From positions 1 to 42,762 of the forward strand of contig JBDTTA010000003.1 in assembly GCA_039930845.1 (NCBI GenBank): a DNA stretch of 42,762 bases, given 5' to 3'. Shown in pieces: positions 1 through 8,624 of this stretch. This stretch comes from Gemmatimonadales bacterium (GTDB taxonomy: Bacteria; Gemmatimonadota; Gemmatimonadetes; Gemmatimonadales; GWC2-71-9). The translations under genes were made by a program, and so were the position numbers. Position 1 is the first letter of the stretch; each line of letters begins with the position of its first letter. Under the pieces are notes generated by a model. It was not told the origin of the DNA, did not search any database, and was given only the letters and a program-made list of their open reading frames with translations.

Positions 1-100
1 CGCGACGAGCGCGGCATAGCTCGCCTCGACCTCGGCCAGTTCGCGTTCGAGCGCACGACGTGGCCTCGTCAGGCGTGAGCGGAATCGGGTCGGGCGTCAT
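1..100 (-). CDS. 5' fragment of the gene downstream of the DUF4350 gene (possibly MoxR-type AAA ATPase by context); runs off the window
   Basis: ATG at 100-98 overlaps the upstream TGA (ATGA coupling) and reads MTPDPIPLTPDEAT...; the product is inferred only from the usual content of such operons. Confidence 0.35.
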   Translation of the reverse strand, partial: MTPDPIPLTPDEATSCARTRTGRGRGELCRARR

Positions 101-1299
101 GAGGGCTTGAGCTCCTCCCAGAGAGTCTCGACATCGTGGGCCGCGACGAGCACCTCCTCGGCCGCGGCGGACCGGTGCGACACGGTGGTGAGGCGCTCCA
201 GCGCCTCCTGGCCGCGGGGGGTATGCACCGCTGGCGTGAGCGACTCCAGCCACTCGGCGGTGCCGCCGCGCGCGGGCCGTCCCGCGCCGGCGAGCCGGCG
301 TCTCAGCCCCTGCACGATGAGGCGAATCGCGACGTCATGACCGCGCGCCGCGGCGAGCGCGGTGGCGAGCGCGCGCACATGCTCCAGCGGAGACCGTCGC
401 CAGCGCTCGATGCCGCCCTGGACGGGACCGAAGCGTACACCGGCGGCCAGCAGCGCGATCACCCCGACCATTGCCAGCTGCCAGACGGCCCACCCCCACG
501 GGGAATGGAGGCTCCACTCCAGTGTGGCGCCGGCCATCGACCGCGATGCGTCGAACCCGTGATGGAACTCGTCCACCACGACCCTGCGATACTGTGGAAC
601 CACCAGCCCGAGCACGAACGATCCCGCCGCCGATTCCCTGACGACAGCATTTGAAAAAAGCCGGTCGTCGGAGACGAGCACCGCGGTCCTCCCCGACCGC
701 AACGAGAGGCGGACCGCAACCGGGCGGCCGGCTGCGCGCAGAAGCGTATCGACGCCCACGGTCGGCGGCGAGGTGCACGTCACCGGCAGCCCATCGGAGA
801 CATCGCTCGAGTCTACCATCGTCGGAGTCGAGCGGCCCCGCAGAAGCCACCGTACCATCGGCATCGGCAGCGAGTCGCTTCCGGCCGGCCGCCGCACCGC
901 GATGGAATCGCCTCGCCACCTCACGACATCGTACCCGAGACATCGCATCGCCGCAGCCGCCGCCGGCCCGGCCAGGAGCAGATCGGCCGGCAGCCTCACG
1001 ATCAGGACGCCTTCGGTGGGAGTGAGATCCTCGGTCGGTCCCAGAAAGGCGATGAGGACGTGCGGTCCGGCGAGCCCGGGATCGAGCGAGCCGATCGGGC
1101 GCCGGAACTGCTCGACGCGGACGCCCAGCCGGGATAGGGCGCCGGAAAAAGCACTCGCGCCCGACGGCCCGAACAGAAAGGTGGAGCGGCGCGCGTCGCT
1201 GTCGTCGGTGCGCGCGTTGCGGCTGCCGAGTGCCGCGGCCGCCGCGCCGAGCAGCACCAGCAACGTCGCGCCAAGCGCGAGCTCAGTGCGCGGGCGCAT
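97..1299 (-). CDS. DUF4350-domain membrane protein
   Basis: Start trimmed to MRPRTELALG. N-terminal hydrophobic anchor, S-T...GPSGASA motif, 'DDRLFSN' and 'VVVDEFHHG' segments, TM then 'RFGP' and 'EHVRALA' C-terminus typical of this family. Confidence 0.75.
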   Translation of the reverse strand: MRPRTELALGATLLVLLGAAAAALGSRNARTDDSDARRSTFLFGPSGASAFSGALSRLGVRVEQFRRPIGSLDPGLAGPHVLIAFLGPTEDLTPTEGVLIVRLPADLLLAGPAAAAAMRCLGYDVVRWRGDSIAVRRPAGSDSLPMPMVRWLLRGRSTPTMVDSSDVSDGLPVTCTSPPTVGVDTLLRAAGRPVAVRLSLRSGRTAVLVSDDRLFSNAVVRESAAGSFVLGLVVPQYRRVVVDEFHHGFDASRSMAGATLEWSLHSPWGWAVWQLAMVGVIALLAAGVRFGPVQGGIERWRRSPLEHVRALATALAAARGHDVAIRLIVQGLRRRLAGAGRPARGGTAEWLESLTPAVHTPRGQEALERLTTVSHRSAAAEEVLVAAHDVETLWEELKPS

Positions 1300-1903
1300 T
1301 CCACGAGGACGCGCCGGACTCGCGCCAGCGGTGATATTCCACTGCGCCACAGTTCTGCCCGCTGAACACGCACGCGTACAGCGAGCGGACGAGGGTCTTG
1401 AGCCGCTCGCGATCGCTGGCCGCGAGGTTTGCCTCGCGGGCGCACTCGGCGGGTGTCTTGCTCGGATGATATCGCAGCAATCCCTGCGCATCGAGTGTGA
1501 GTGCGAGACCAACGAAGGCGAGCTGCAGCGCCTCGCTGATCCGTCCTGCCGAGGCGGCGCCGTCGGCCGCGCGGTAGTACCAGGCGGCGTCCCGGATTTC
1601 CCGCCGGGCCGGGCGTCCCGCGTCCGCGCCTGGGCCGCCGCCGGCGCGCACCGTCTGCCACACCACCCACGCGGCGTGTCCGATGAGCACCAGCAGCGAC
1701 AGGAGCAGGAGGGCTACAAGCAGACGGAAGACGGCGGGATTGTCGGCCCGGAGCGCCGACAGCCACTCACCCAGTCGGCGCCACCACTCGCGAACGAAGT
1801 GCATCGCCCCCGGCTCCTCGGCCCACCGATACGCCCGTGCGGAGAAGACGGTGTCGAGAACGCTTCGCATCGAGGCGGGACCCCCTGTGCCCTGCACCAG
1901 CAT
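1283..1903 (-). CDS. DUF4129-domain membrane protein
   Basis: One TM segment, then 'AASAGRISEAL...LDAQGLLRYHPSKTPAE...LYACVFSG'; overlaps the DUF4350 gene. Confidence 0.7.
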   Translation of the reverse strand: MLVQGTGGPASMRSVLDTVFSARAYRWAEEPGAMHFVREWWRRLGEWLSALRADNPAVFRLLVALLLLSLLVLIGHAAWVVWQTVRAGGGPGADAGRPARREIRDAAWYYRAADGAASAGRISEALQLAFVGLALTLDAQGLLRYHPSKTPAECAREANLAASDRERLKTLVRSLYACVFSGQNCGAVEYHRWRESGASSWNAPAH

Positions 1904-1919
1904 GGAGCTCAGGTGATGC

Positions 1920-2693
1920 TCAGGCGGGCATGAGCGTGGAGGCCAGGACTTCGAGATCGAAGCCCTCCTTCCGCACGCGCAGATCGTAATAGGCGATGGT
2001 GAGTACGCAGTAGAAGAGCGGATAGATGAAGATCTGCGCGAGCCCGCTCAGCGCCACCGCCGTGACGCTCAGCATGACGTTCGGCGTCGAGAGAATCGAG
2101 CCCGCTCCCGGAACGAAGACCGCGATGATCCCACCGATCGCGGCGAGGGGAATGTAGAGCAGGATGATGAGGACCAGGAGCAGCCCGAGCATCCGCCACC
2201 GCGATCCCCGGGTGAGCTCCCATGAGCGGGCGAGTGCGGCGCCGGCGCTCTTGCCCTCGATGACCACCGCGGGAATGGCGAGAATCAATCCCGCGAGGAA
2301 GATGATGCCGGGAATGACGAAGAACAGGAACCCGATGAACACCACGAGACCGGTCAGCATGGAACAGATCAGGATCCGGCCAATGAACGGGCCGGCGCGG
2401 CGGAGCGCGGCTCGCGCATCGATCGTCCGGCCAAGATAGCTGTCCGAGACGATGAAGAGCGTCGCAGCCGTGGCGATCGAGCTGAGCGCGGCGAAGACGA
2501 TGTAGTACACGAGCACGAGCGGCAGGTTCTGCAGCATGCCGCCGGAGGCCTGGATGAACATGTTGAGGATGACCGGAATTCCCGAGCAGACGAGCGCCAC
2601 CCCGGCGAGGGGAGCGAAGTGTCGGCGGTAGAGCGTGAAGGAGACGTCGAGGATCTCGCCCACCGTGAGGGGGCGCAGTGCCGGTGGCGTCAT
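1920..2693 (-). CDS. Integral membrane protein (GDPD-membrane-domain-like family)
   Basis: 'LRPLTVGEILD', several TMs, 'ALARSWELTRG' and 'YYDLRVRKEGFDLE' signature. Confidence 0.8.
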   Translation of the reverse strand: MTPPALRPLTVGEILDVSFTLYRRHFAPLAGVALVCSGIPVILNMFIQASGGMLQNLPLVLVYYIVFAALSSIATAATLFIVSDSYLGRTIDARAALRRAGPFIGRILICSMLTGLVVFIGFLFFVIPGIIFLAGLILAIPAVVIEGKSAGAALARSWELTRGSRWRMLGLLLVLIILLYIPLAAIGGIIAVFVPGAGSILSTPNVMLSVTAVALSGLAQIFIYPLFYCVLTIAYYDLRVRKEGFDLEVLASTLMPA

Positions 2694-2718
2694 GGGTGAA
2701 AGATATTACAATCGCTGC

Positions 2719-4560
2719 ATGCCCGCCCCTCGCAATACCTCGCCCGACTACCGCCAGCATCTCGTCGTGGAAACGCCGGAGCACGTCTTGCTGGACCTGG
2801 AGATCGCCGGCATCGGCTCACGCGCGTTTGCCGCGGTGCTCGACATGATGATCCTCGTCGGCGCCACGGTCGCGGTCGGGGCGGCCCTGGCCATCCTGGG
2901 CGGCTACGGTCTCACCATGGGGCGTGCCGGCGCCGCAATTCTCATGATTTTCGGCTTTGCGGCATGGACTGGATATTTCATCGTCTTCGAAGGGCTGCGG
3001 GGAGGGCAGACGCCCGGCAAGCGAATCGCCGGCATTCGCGTAGTCGCGGACACCGGTCATGCCGTCACGCCCGCAGCCGCGGCGGTCAGGAACCTGCTCC
3101 GCGCCGCCGACTTCCTCCCTCCGCCCTACCTGCTGGGCGCCCTCCTCGTGGCATTCCAGCCAAGGGGCAAGCGCCTCGGCGACATGGTGGCCGGCACCGT
3201 CGTCGTGCGCGACCGGCCCCACGAAGCGAGACCGGCACGACAGCCGGCCGCATCCGTCCTCACCGAATCGCCGCCGGAGCTCGCCGACCCGGACTTCCAG
3301 TTGCTGTCGCAGTTCGCCGATCGCCAGGCGACCCTCGCACCCGAGTCGCGGGCCCGCCTGACGGCGACACTGGCGAGGCGTCTCTCCGACTTCCCCGCAC
3401 CGGCCGGAACCGCCGAGCTCGACCATCTCCTCGACCTGTATGCTCGCGAGCTGGGCCGGCGCGAGGGAAGCCTCACCCGGCGCGGCACCGCCGGACCGGC
3501 CACGCGCTTCGCCGCACGGAAGCGCGAGCGGTGGGACGCCTTCGAGCGGCTGGCGGAACGGGCGGCGCGCGGAGGGCTCGACCGCTTCGCCTCGAACGAG
3601 CTGCCGGACTTCGCGGCCCGGTATCGTGAGATCGCGGCCGACCTCGCGCGTGCACGCACCTACGGCGCGGACGCGGCGATTCAGTCGCGGCTCGAGCGGC
3701 TCGCCGCGGCCGGACACAACGCGCTCTATCGCGACGAGCGAGGCACCTGGCGCCGGCTGTGGCTGGTGCTGGCACGGGAGTGCCCGGCGGCCATCGTCGG
3801 AGCCCGCAGGTACGTGCTCGTCGCCTTTCTCGCCTTTGCCCTTCCCGCCGTCGCGGGGTACACCCTCCTCCGTGAGCGGCCGGCGCTGGCCGCGGAGCTG
3901 CTCCCCGATGTCATGCTGCGCCGCGCCGAGGCGGGTGCCGGACGACAGGCGGAGGGGCTCGGGTACGTCGATGTCGCGGCGGAGGACCGGCCGCTGATGG
4001 CATCGGGAATCATCACAAACAACGTGAGGATCGCGATCTCCTGCTTTGCCGGCGGCATCTTTCTCGGTGTGGGTTCGCTGGTCGTACTGGCATTCAACGG
4101 GCTGGCCATCGGCGTGAGCGCCGGTCACTTCGCAAACGTCGGCCTCCTCGGCTACCTGCTGCAGTTCATCGTGGGACACGGCGTACTCGAGCTGTTCGCC
4201 ATCTGGGTGTCGGGCGCAGCGGGGTTCCTGCTCGGGCGGACCGTGGTGGCGCCCGGTCCCTATACCCGGGCCGATGCGCTCGTGCTCAGTGGCAGAGTGG
4301 CGGTCAGAATGGTGGGAGGCGCGGCGCTGATGCTGCTCGTTGCGGGGATGATCGAGGGCTTCGTGTCAGCGGGCTCGGGGGGGCTGGTCGTCCGCCTCAT
4401 CGCTGCCGGGGTGAGCGTGGTGTTCCTGGGGCTCTATCTCGCGTCGGGCGCTCAGAGCGCCCGCAGCATCGCCCGCATGCGGATGGCAAGCGCCTCGATT
4501 TCGCGGAGGCTGGAAATGGTCTCCGCATCGATGCGCGATTCGTTGAGCAGCAGGAGCTGA
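2719..4560 (+). CDS. RDD-domain / SpoIIM (DUF95) family fusion membrane protein
   Basis: 'TPEHV..AGIGSRAFAAVLD', 'GQTPGKR' and 'KRLGDMVAGT' (RDD); 'YREIAADLARART', 'ITNN' and 'HGVLEL..I' (SpoIIM). Start set at ATG 2719. Confidence 0.85.
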   Translation: MPAPRNTSPDYRQHLVVETPEHVLLDLEIAGIGSRAFAAVLDMMILVGATVAVGAALAILGGYGLTMGRAGAAILMIFGFAAWTGYFIVFEGLRGGQTPGKRIAGIRVVADTGHAVTPAAAAVRNLLRAADFLPPPYLLGALLVAFQPRGKRLGDMVAGTVVVRDRPHEARPARQPAASVLTESPPELADPDFQLLSQFADRQATLAPESRARLTATLARRLSDFPAPAGTAELDHLLDLYARELGRREGSLTRRGTAGPATRFAARKRERWDAFERLAERAARGGLDRFASNELPDFAARYREIAADLARARTYGADAAIQSRLERLAAAGHNALYRDERGTWRRLWLVLARECPAAIVGARRYVLVAFLAFALPAVAGYTLLRERPALAAELLPDVMLRRAEAGAGRQAEGLGYVDVAAEDRPLMASGIITNNVRIAISCFAGGIFLGVGSLVVLAFNGLAIGVSAGHFANVGLLGYLLQFIVGHGVLELFAIWVSGAAGFLLGRTVVAPGPYTRADALVLSGRVAVRMVGGAALMLLVAGMIEGFVSAGSGGLVVRLIAAGVSVVFLGLYLASGAQSARSIARMRMASASISRRLEMVSASMRDSLSSRS

Positions 4561-4631
4561 GTTTCGGCCAGCAGCGCCGAAAGCGGATTGGACAGGTCAT
4601 GGCGAAGCTTGCTCAACTGCTCTGAATCCAT
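4452..4631 (-). CDS. Stand-alone HisKA/DHp-like microprotein, 59 aa (not in the supplied ORF track)
   Basis: Manual translation: MDSEQLSKLRHDLSNPLSALLAETQLLLLNESRIDAETISSLREIEALAIRMRAMLRAL. H-box HDLSNPL; GGAG upstream; 12 nt downstream of 4644-4925. Confidence 0.75.
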   Translation of the reverse strand: MDSEQLSKLRHDLSNPLSALLAETQLLLLNESRIDAETISSLREIEALAIRMRAMLRAL

Positions 4632-4643
4632 CAGGCGCTCCGG

Positions 4644-4925
4644 TCAGACCAGGGAGAGGTACAGAGCCCGCACATGGTGCTCCCGCAATCCACGCACCGA
4701 TTGCCACAGCTCCTCTTCCGTGATCCCGCAGAAAATTTCCGCGGTCTCGCTCCCCCGGCCGCCGGGATGCTGGAAGCGCAGGCGTCCGCGAAAGGCGCCG
4801 TCTTCGGAGCGCCGGACGCTGAGGTGCAACGTGATGATCAGATCGGCCAGACGGAGGGGGGAAAGCTCATGGACGACCAGCTCCCGATGGTCCAGAACGG
4901 GGGGCCGGTAGGGCTGTGCCATCAT
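4644..4925 (-). CDS. Hypothetical protein, 92-93 aa
   Basis: GGAGG SD upstream, protein-like composition, extended -10 promoter upstream. Confidence 0.75.
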   Translation of the reverse strand: MMAQPYRPPVLDHRELVVHELSPLRLADLIITLHLSVRRSEDGAFRGRLRFQHPGGRGSETAEIFCGITEEELWQSVRGLREHHVRALYLSLV

Positions 4926-4961
4926 CAGGGAACCTCCCGAGAGGAGCCGGTGGGGCTAAAG

Positions 4962-4972
4962 ATTATACCACA
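4962..4972 (-). promoter_or_regulatory. Extended -10 promoter element for the 4925/4631 pair
   Basis: Minus strand reads TGTGGTATAAT (TGn-TATAAT). Confidence 0.55.
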
Positions 4973-5002
4973 GTAGAAGTTACGCAATCCACCAACGCCC
5001 TC

Positions 5003-5031
5003 TTGACTCCGGCGGCGGCGCGTTCTAAGTT
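5003..5031 (+). promoter_or_regulatory. sigma70-type promoter for rho
   Basis: TTGACT-N17-TAAGTT. Confidence 0.6.
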
Positions 5032-5197
5032 GAATAGCTCCTTTGTTCCAGCAGGACACTCCCCTACACAACCCGTTGGACATGCTCCGATTTCGGGGCC
5101 CACCACATACACCACCCGACCCGCCGGTTCTCGTATCCTCACACCACCTCGCGCCCGCCGACAACCCGGCCGGGCCCGCTCGTCTGGAGCTTCGTCC

Positions 5198-6445
5198 GTG
5201 GACATCGCTGAGCTGAAGCAGAAATCGGTAGCGGAACTGCACTCGCTGGCCGAGCAATTGAACATCACCAACTATTCGGGCCTTCGGAAACAGGACCTGA
5301 TCTTCCGCATCGAGCAGTCGCTCCTCGACTCCGATACCGTCATCCGGGGCGAGGGAGTGCTGGAAATCCTCCCCGAGGGGTACGGCTTCCTCCGGAGTCA
5401 GGACTGGAACTACCTCTACGGTCCCGACGACATCTACGTCTCCCCCAGCCAGATCAAGCGCTTCGACTTGCGCACCGGCGATACCGTCATGGGCCAGGTC
5501 CGTCCCCCCAAGGAGGGCGAACGCTACCTCGCGCTCCTCAAGGTGGAGCAGGTCAACTTCGAGGAGCCGGAGAAGACCAAGCACCGGATCGCCTTCGACA
5601 ACCTGCGTCCCCGGTACCCGGATGCGCGGATCACGCTCGAGCGGAAGACGAGCGACCTCTCGATGCGCGTGGTGGACCTTCTCTCGCCGATCGGCAAGGG
5701 CCAGCGCGGACTCATCGTCGCCCCCCCGAAGGCCGGCAAGACCATCCTGATGCAGAAGCTCGCCAACGCCATCAGCGAGAACCATCCGGAGATCGTCCTC
5801 ATCGTGCTCCTGATCGACGAGCGGCCGGAAGAAGTCACCGACATGGAGGAGAACGTCAAGGCGGAAGTCATTTCATCCACCTTCGACGAGCCCGCCGACC
5901 GCCACGTCCAGGTAGCCGACATGGTCATCGAGAAATCGAAGCGCCTGGTGGAGCATGGACGGGACGTAGTGATTCTCCTCGACTCGATCACCCGGTTGGC
6001 CCGGGCGCACAACGTGGTGGTGCCGCACTCAGGCAAGATCCTCTCGGGCGGTGTGGACGCCAATGCGCTCCAGAAGCCCAAGCGCTTCTTCGGCGCCGCG
6101 AGAAACATCGACAAGGGCGGCAGCCTGACCATCATCGCCACGGCGCTGATCGACACGGGCAGCAGGATGGACGAGGTGATCTTCGAGGAGTTCAAGGGGA
6201 CCGGTAACATGGAGCTGGTACTCGACCGGCGCCTGGCCGACCGGCGCATCTACCCCGCCATCGACATTCAACGCACGTCGACCCGCAAGGAAGAGCTCCT
6301 CATGGACAAGGACGAGCTCAACCGCGTCTACCTCCTTCGCAACTTCCTGGCCGACATGCCGCCGGTCGAGGCGCTCGAATTCCTGCTGGAGCGGATGAAG
6401 CGGACGAAGAACAACAAGGAATTCTTCGCGACGATGGCGCAGTAG
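5198..6445 (+). CDS. rho: Transcription termination factor Rho
   Basis: GTG start MDIAELK; '[14 protein letters not shown]', 'DIYVSPSQI', '[17 protein letters not shown]', '[11 protein letters not shown]', '[10 protein letters not shown]'. Confidence 0.98.
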   Translation: MDIAELKQKSVAELHSLAEQLNITNYSGLRKQDLIFRIEQSLLDSDTVIRGEGVLEILPEGYGFLRSQDWNYLYGPDDIYVSPSQIKRFDLRTGDTVMGQVRPPKEGERYLALLKVEQVNFEEPEKTKHRIAFDNLRPRYPDARITLERKTSDLSMRVVDLLSPIGKGQRGLIVAPPKAGKTILMQKLANAISENHPEIVLIVLLIDERPEEVTDMEENVKAEVISSTFDEPADRHVQVADMVIEKSKRLVEHGRDVVILLDSITRLARAHNVVVPHSGKILSGGVDANALQKPKRFFGAARNIDKGGSLTIIATALIDTGSRMDEVIFEEFKGTGNMELVLDRRLADRRIYPAIDIQRTSTRKEELLMDKDELNRVYLLRNFLADMPPVEALEFLLERMKRTKNNKEFFATMAQ

Positions 6446-6450
6446 GGCGG

Positions 6451-6915
6451 TTGCCCCTCCCCACCAACGGCCGCCTCATCGCACTCGACTGGGGCGAAAT
6501 CCGGATCGGCCTCGCCGTCTCCGATGAGTCGCAGACCCTCGCCTCCCCGCTCGATACGCTCACTCGTCGCGCGGGCAAACGCTTTCCGATGCCCGGGTTC
6601 CTCGAGCACGTGAAAGCGTACGCTCCCGTGGGCGTCGTGGTCGGCCTGCCGCTCACACCCGAGGGCGACGAGGAGGAGAGCGCCATCGCGGCACGCTCGC
6701 TGGCGGAGCTCGTCGCGACGCGGACTCGCTTGCCGGTCGAGCTGTGGGACGAGCGGATGAGTACGTCTCGCGCACTCGCGCTCATCCGGGAACAGGGCGG
6801 GAGCACGCGGGGCCGAAAGGATGAGGTGGACGCCCTTGCCGCGGCGGTGCTCCTGCAGCATTTCCTCGATGCCCGCCACCGCCGCATCACTCCCACCGGC
6901 GAGATCGACTCCTGA
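6451..6915 (+). CDS. ruvX: YqgF/RuvX family pre-16S rRNA nuclease
   Basis: 'ALDWGEIRIGLAVSD', 'VVGLP', 'WDERMST', 'VDALAAAVLLQ'. Confidence 0.93.
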   Translation: MPLPTNGRLIALDWGEIRIGLAVSDESQTLASPLDTLTRRAGKRFPMPGFLEHVKAYAPVGVVVGLPLTPEGDEEESAIAARSLAELVATRTRLPVELWDERMSTSRALALIREQGGSTRGRKDEVDALAAAVLLQHFLDARHRRITPTGEIDS

Positions 6916-6920
6916 CCCGT

Positions 6921-7925
6921 ATGGAGACGACCCGGTGGCGCGTGACGGCGCCGAGCAGCATTCGACTGGCGCTGCTCGCCATGATCATCTCGGCGTGCGG
7001 CACCAATCGCGTCGTCGAGCGCGTCATCCTCCCGCCAGGCGCCCGATTCGGTGCAGTCACCGACAGTCTCGTGGCGCACCAGGTGGTGACGAGCCGCGGC
7101 GCCTTTAAGCTGCTCGCCCGGCTCCGTGGAGTGGATCGCTCGGTCCAGGCGGGGATCTACGAGTTCCAGCCGGGGATGTCGATGTGGGGCGTGCTCAGCC
7201 TCCTCGCCGCGGGACGTGGCGTCGCCGTGCGGTTCACCGTCCCCGAGGGTCTGACCATCCGTGACATCGCGGCGCTGGGTGCCCAGCGGCTCGATCTGCC
7301 GGAAGACTCGGTCATGGCCGCGGCCCGCGATGGGGCAGACGCGAGCGCGCTGCTGGGCTTCAAGGTGCCATCGTATGAGGGATTCCTGAGACCCGAGACC
7401 TACTCGCTGCCTCTCGGCATGCGCCCGCGCGAGCTCGTGCGGCTCATGGCGGAAGGATTCAGGTCGGCGTGGAGGCCGGCGTGGGACGGGCGGCTCGACA
7501 CGCTCAAGATGAGCCGCCTGCAGCTCGTGACGCTCGCGTCGATTGTCGAAGGCGAGGCGCGGGCCGATGGCGAGCGCGAGCTGATCGCCGGGGTGTACCA
7601 CAACCGGCTCAAGATCGGCATGGCGCTGCAGGCCGATCCCACGGTCCAGTACGCGATCACCCTCTCGACCGGCGCGCGGAAGCCGCGCCTGTACGTGAAG
7701 GACTACCAGTTCCCCTCGCCGTACAACACCTACCTGCATCCCGGCCTGCCGCCCGGGCCGGTGAACTCTCCGGGATTCCGGAGCATCGAGGCGTCGCTCT
7801 ACCCGGCCAAGGTGCCATATCTGTACTTCGTGGCGGGACCAGACGGTCGGCACATGTTTTCGCGGACGTATGACGAGCACCTGCGGAACGTGGCCCGGGT
7901 ACGGCGGATGGCGGTGGGACGGTAG
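6921..7925 (+). CDS. mltG: Endolytic transglycosylase MltG (YceG family)
   Basis: 'TVPEG', 'EGFLRPETY', 'LASIVEGE', 'NRLKIGMALQADPTVQY', 'SPYNTY.HPGLPPGP', 'YLYFVA'. Confidence 0.95.
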   Translation: METTRWRVTAPSSIRLALLAMIISACGTNRVVERVILPPGARFGAVTDSLVAHQVVTSRGAFKLLARLRGVDRSVQAGIYEFQPGMSMWGVLSLLAAGRGVAVRFTVPEGLTIRDIAALGAQRLDLPEDSVMAAARDGADASALLGFKVPSYEGFLRPETYSLPLGMRPRELVRLMAEGFRSAWRPAWDGRLDTLKMSRLQLVTLASIVEGEARADGERELIAGVYHNRLKIGMALQADPTVQYAITLSTGARKPRLYVKDYQFPSPYNTYLHPGLPPGPVNSPGFRSIEASLYPAKVPYLYFVAGPDGRHMFSRTYDEHLRNVARVRRMAVGR

Positions 7926-7958
7926 GGCGGTAAGGCGGTAAGGCGGTAAGGCGGTACG
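7911..7958 (+). repeat. Tandem octamer repeat (GCGGTAAG)n, about 6 units with 3 perfect
   Basis: gcggtggg acggtagg gcggtaag gcggtaag gcggtaag gcggtacg; an inverted copy lies at 7999-8015. Confidence 0.9.
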
Positions 7959-7997
7959 TAGGGGAAGCGCGGGAACATGGGTGATTGACCGCCACCC

Positions 7998-8624
7998 CTA
8001 CCGCCTTACCGCCTTTTCACCATACCGCCTCGCCGCCTCCTCGACATCGTCCCCCCCCAGAATCCCCGACGCCACGCCTACCCCGGCGCCGCCCGCGGCG
8101 AGCACCAGCGGCACATCCGCCGGGATGATTCCGCCGATCGCCAGGCACGGCCGCCCGCCGGCCAGTGCCCGTAGCCGCGCAAAGCCGCCGGCGCCGAGCC
8201 CGCTGCCGGCGTCCGCCTTCGTGAACGTCGTGCGCCAGGGACCAATGCCCCAGTAATCGGCGGGCGCGCCGAGGCTCGCCTCGTCCTCCGACCCGACGGA
8301 CACGCCGATGACGAAATCCGGCGGCGCGATCCTCCGCGCCATGCCGACGGGAAGATCGTCCGGTCCGAGGTGGACACCGGCGGCGCCGGCGGCGATCGCC
8401 ACGTCGGGCCGGTCGTTGACCAGCACCGGAATGGTGAGTGCGGCAATCATCTCCCGCGCCACCGCCACCAGTTCACGGGCCGAGGCGTGCTTGAGTCTCA
8501 GCTGCACCGACGTCACACCGCCGCGCTCCGCGGCGAGCGCCAGCGCGATCGGATCGCGTCCCGCGAGAAGCCGGTCGTCGGTGACGAGCATGAGACGACA
8601 CCATTCCGCTACATTATGTCGCAT
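7998..8624 (-). CDS. thiE: Thiamine-phosphate synthase
   Basis: 'RLMLVTD', 'VQLRLK', 'VNDRPDVA', 'GVHLGPDD', 'TFTK', 'AIGGI'; start uncertain (8624 or 8591). Confidence 0.9.
   Translation of the reverse strand: MRHNVAEWCRLMLVTDDRLLAGRDPIALALAAERGGVTSVQLRLKHASARELVAVAREMIAALTIPVLVNDRPDVAIAAGAAGVHLGPDDLPVGMARRIAPPDFVIGVSVGSEDEASLGAPADYWGIGPWRTTFTKADAGSGLGAGGFARLRALAGGRPCLAIGGIIPADVPLVLAAGGAGVGVASGILGGDDVEEAARRYGEKAVRR

Noticed and set aside
2719-4560. SpoIIM as evidence of sporulation
   Set aside because: The family is widespread in non-sporulating bacteria and no other spo genes are present
4916-5197. 94-aa N-terminal extension of Rho in the ORF track
   Set aside because: It spans the predicted promoters; Rho-like sequence starts at GTG 5198, which has GGAG upstream
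7911-8030. Repeat array as a CRISPR
   Set aside because: The units are 8-nt tandem repeats with no unique spacers, and there are no cas genes
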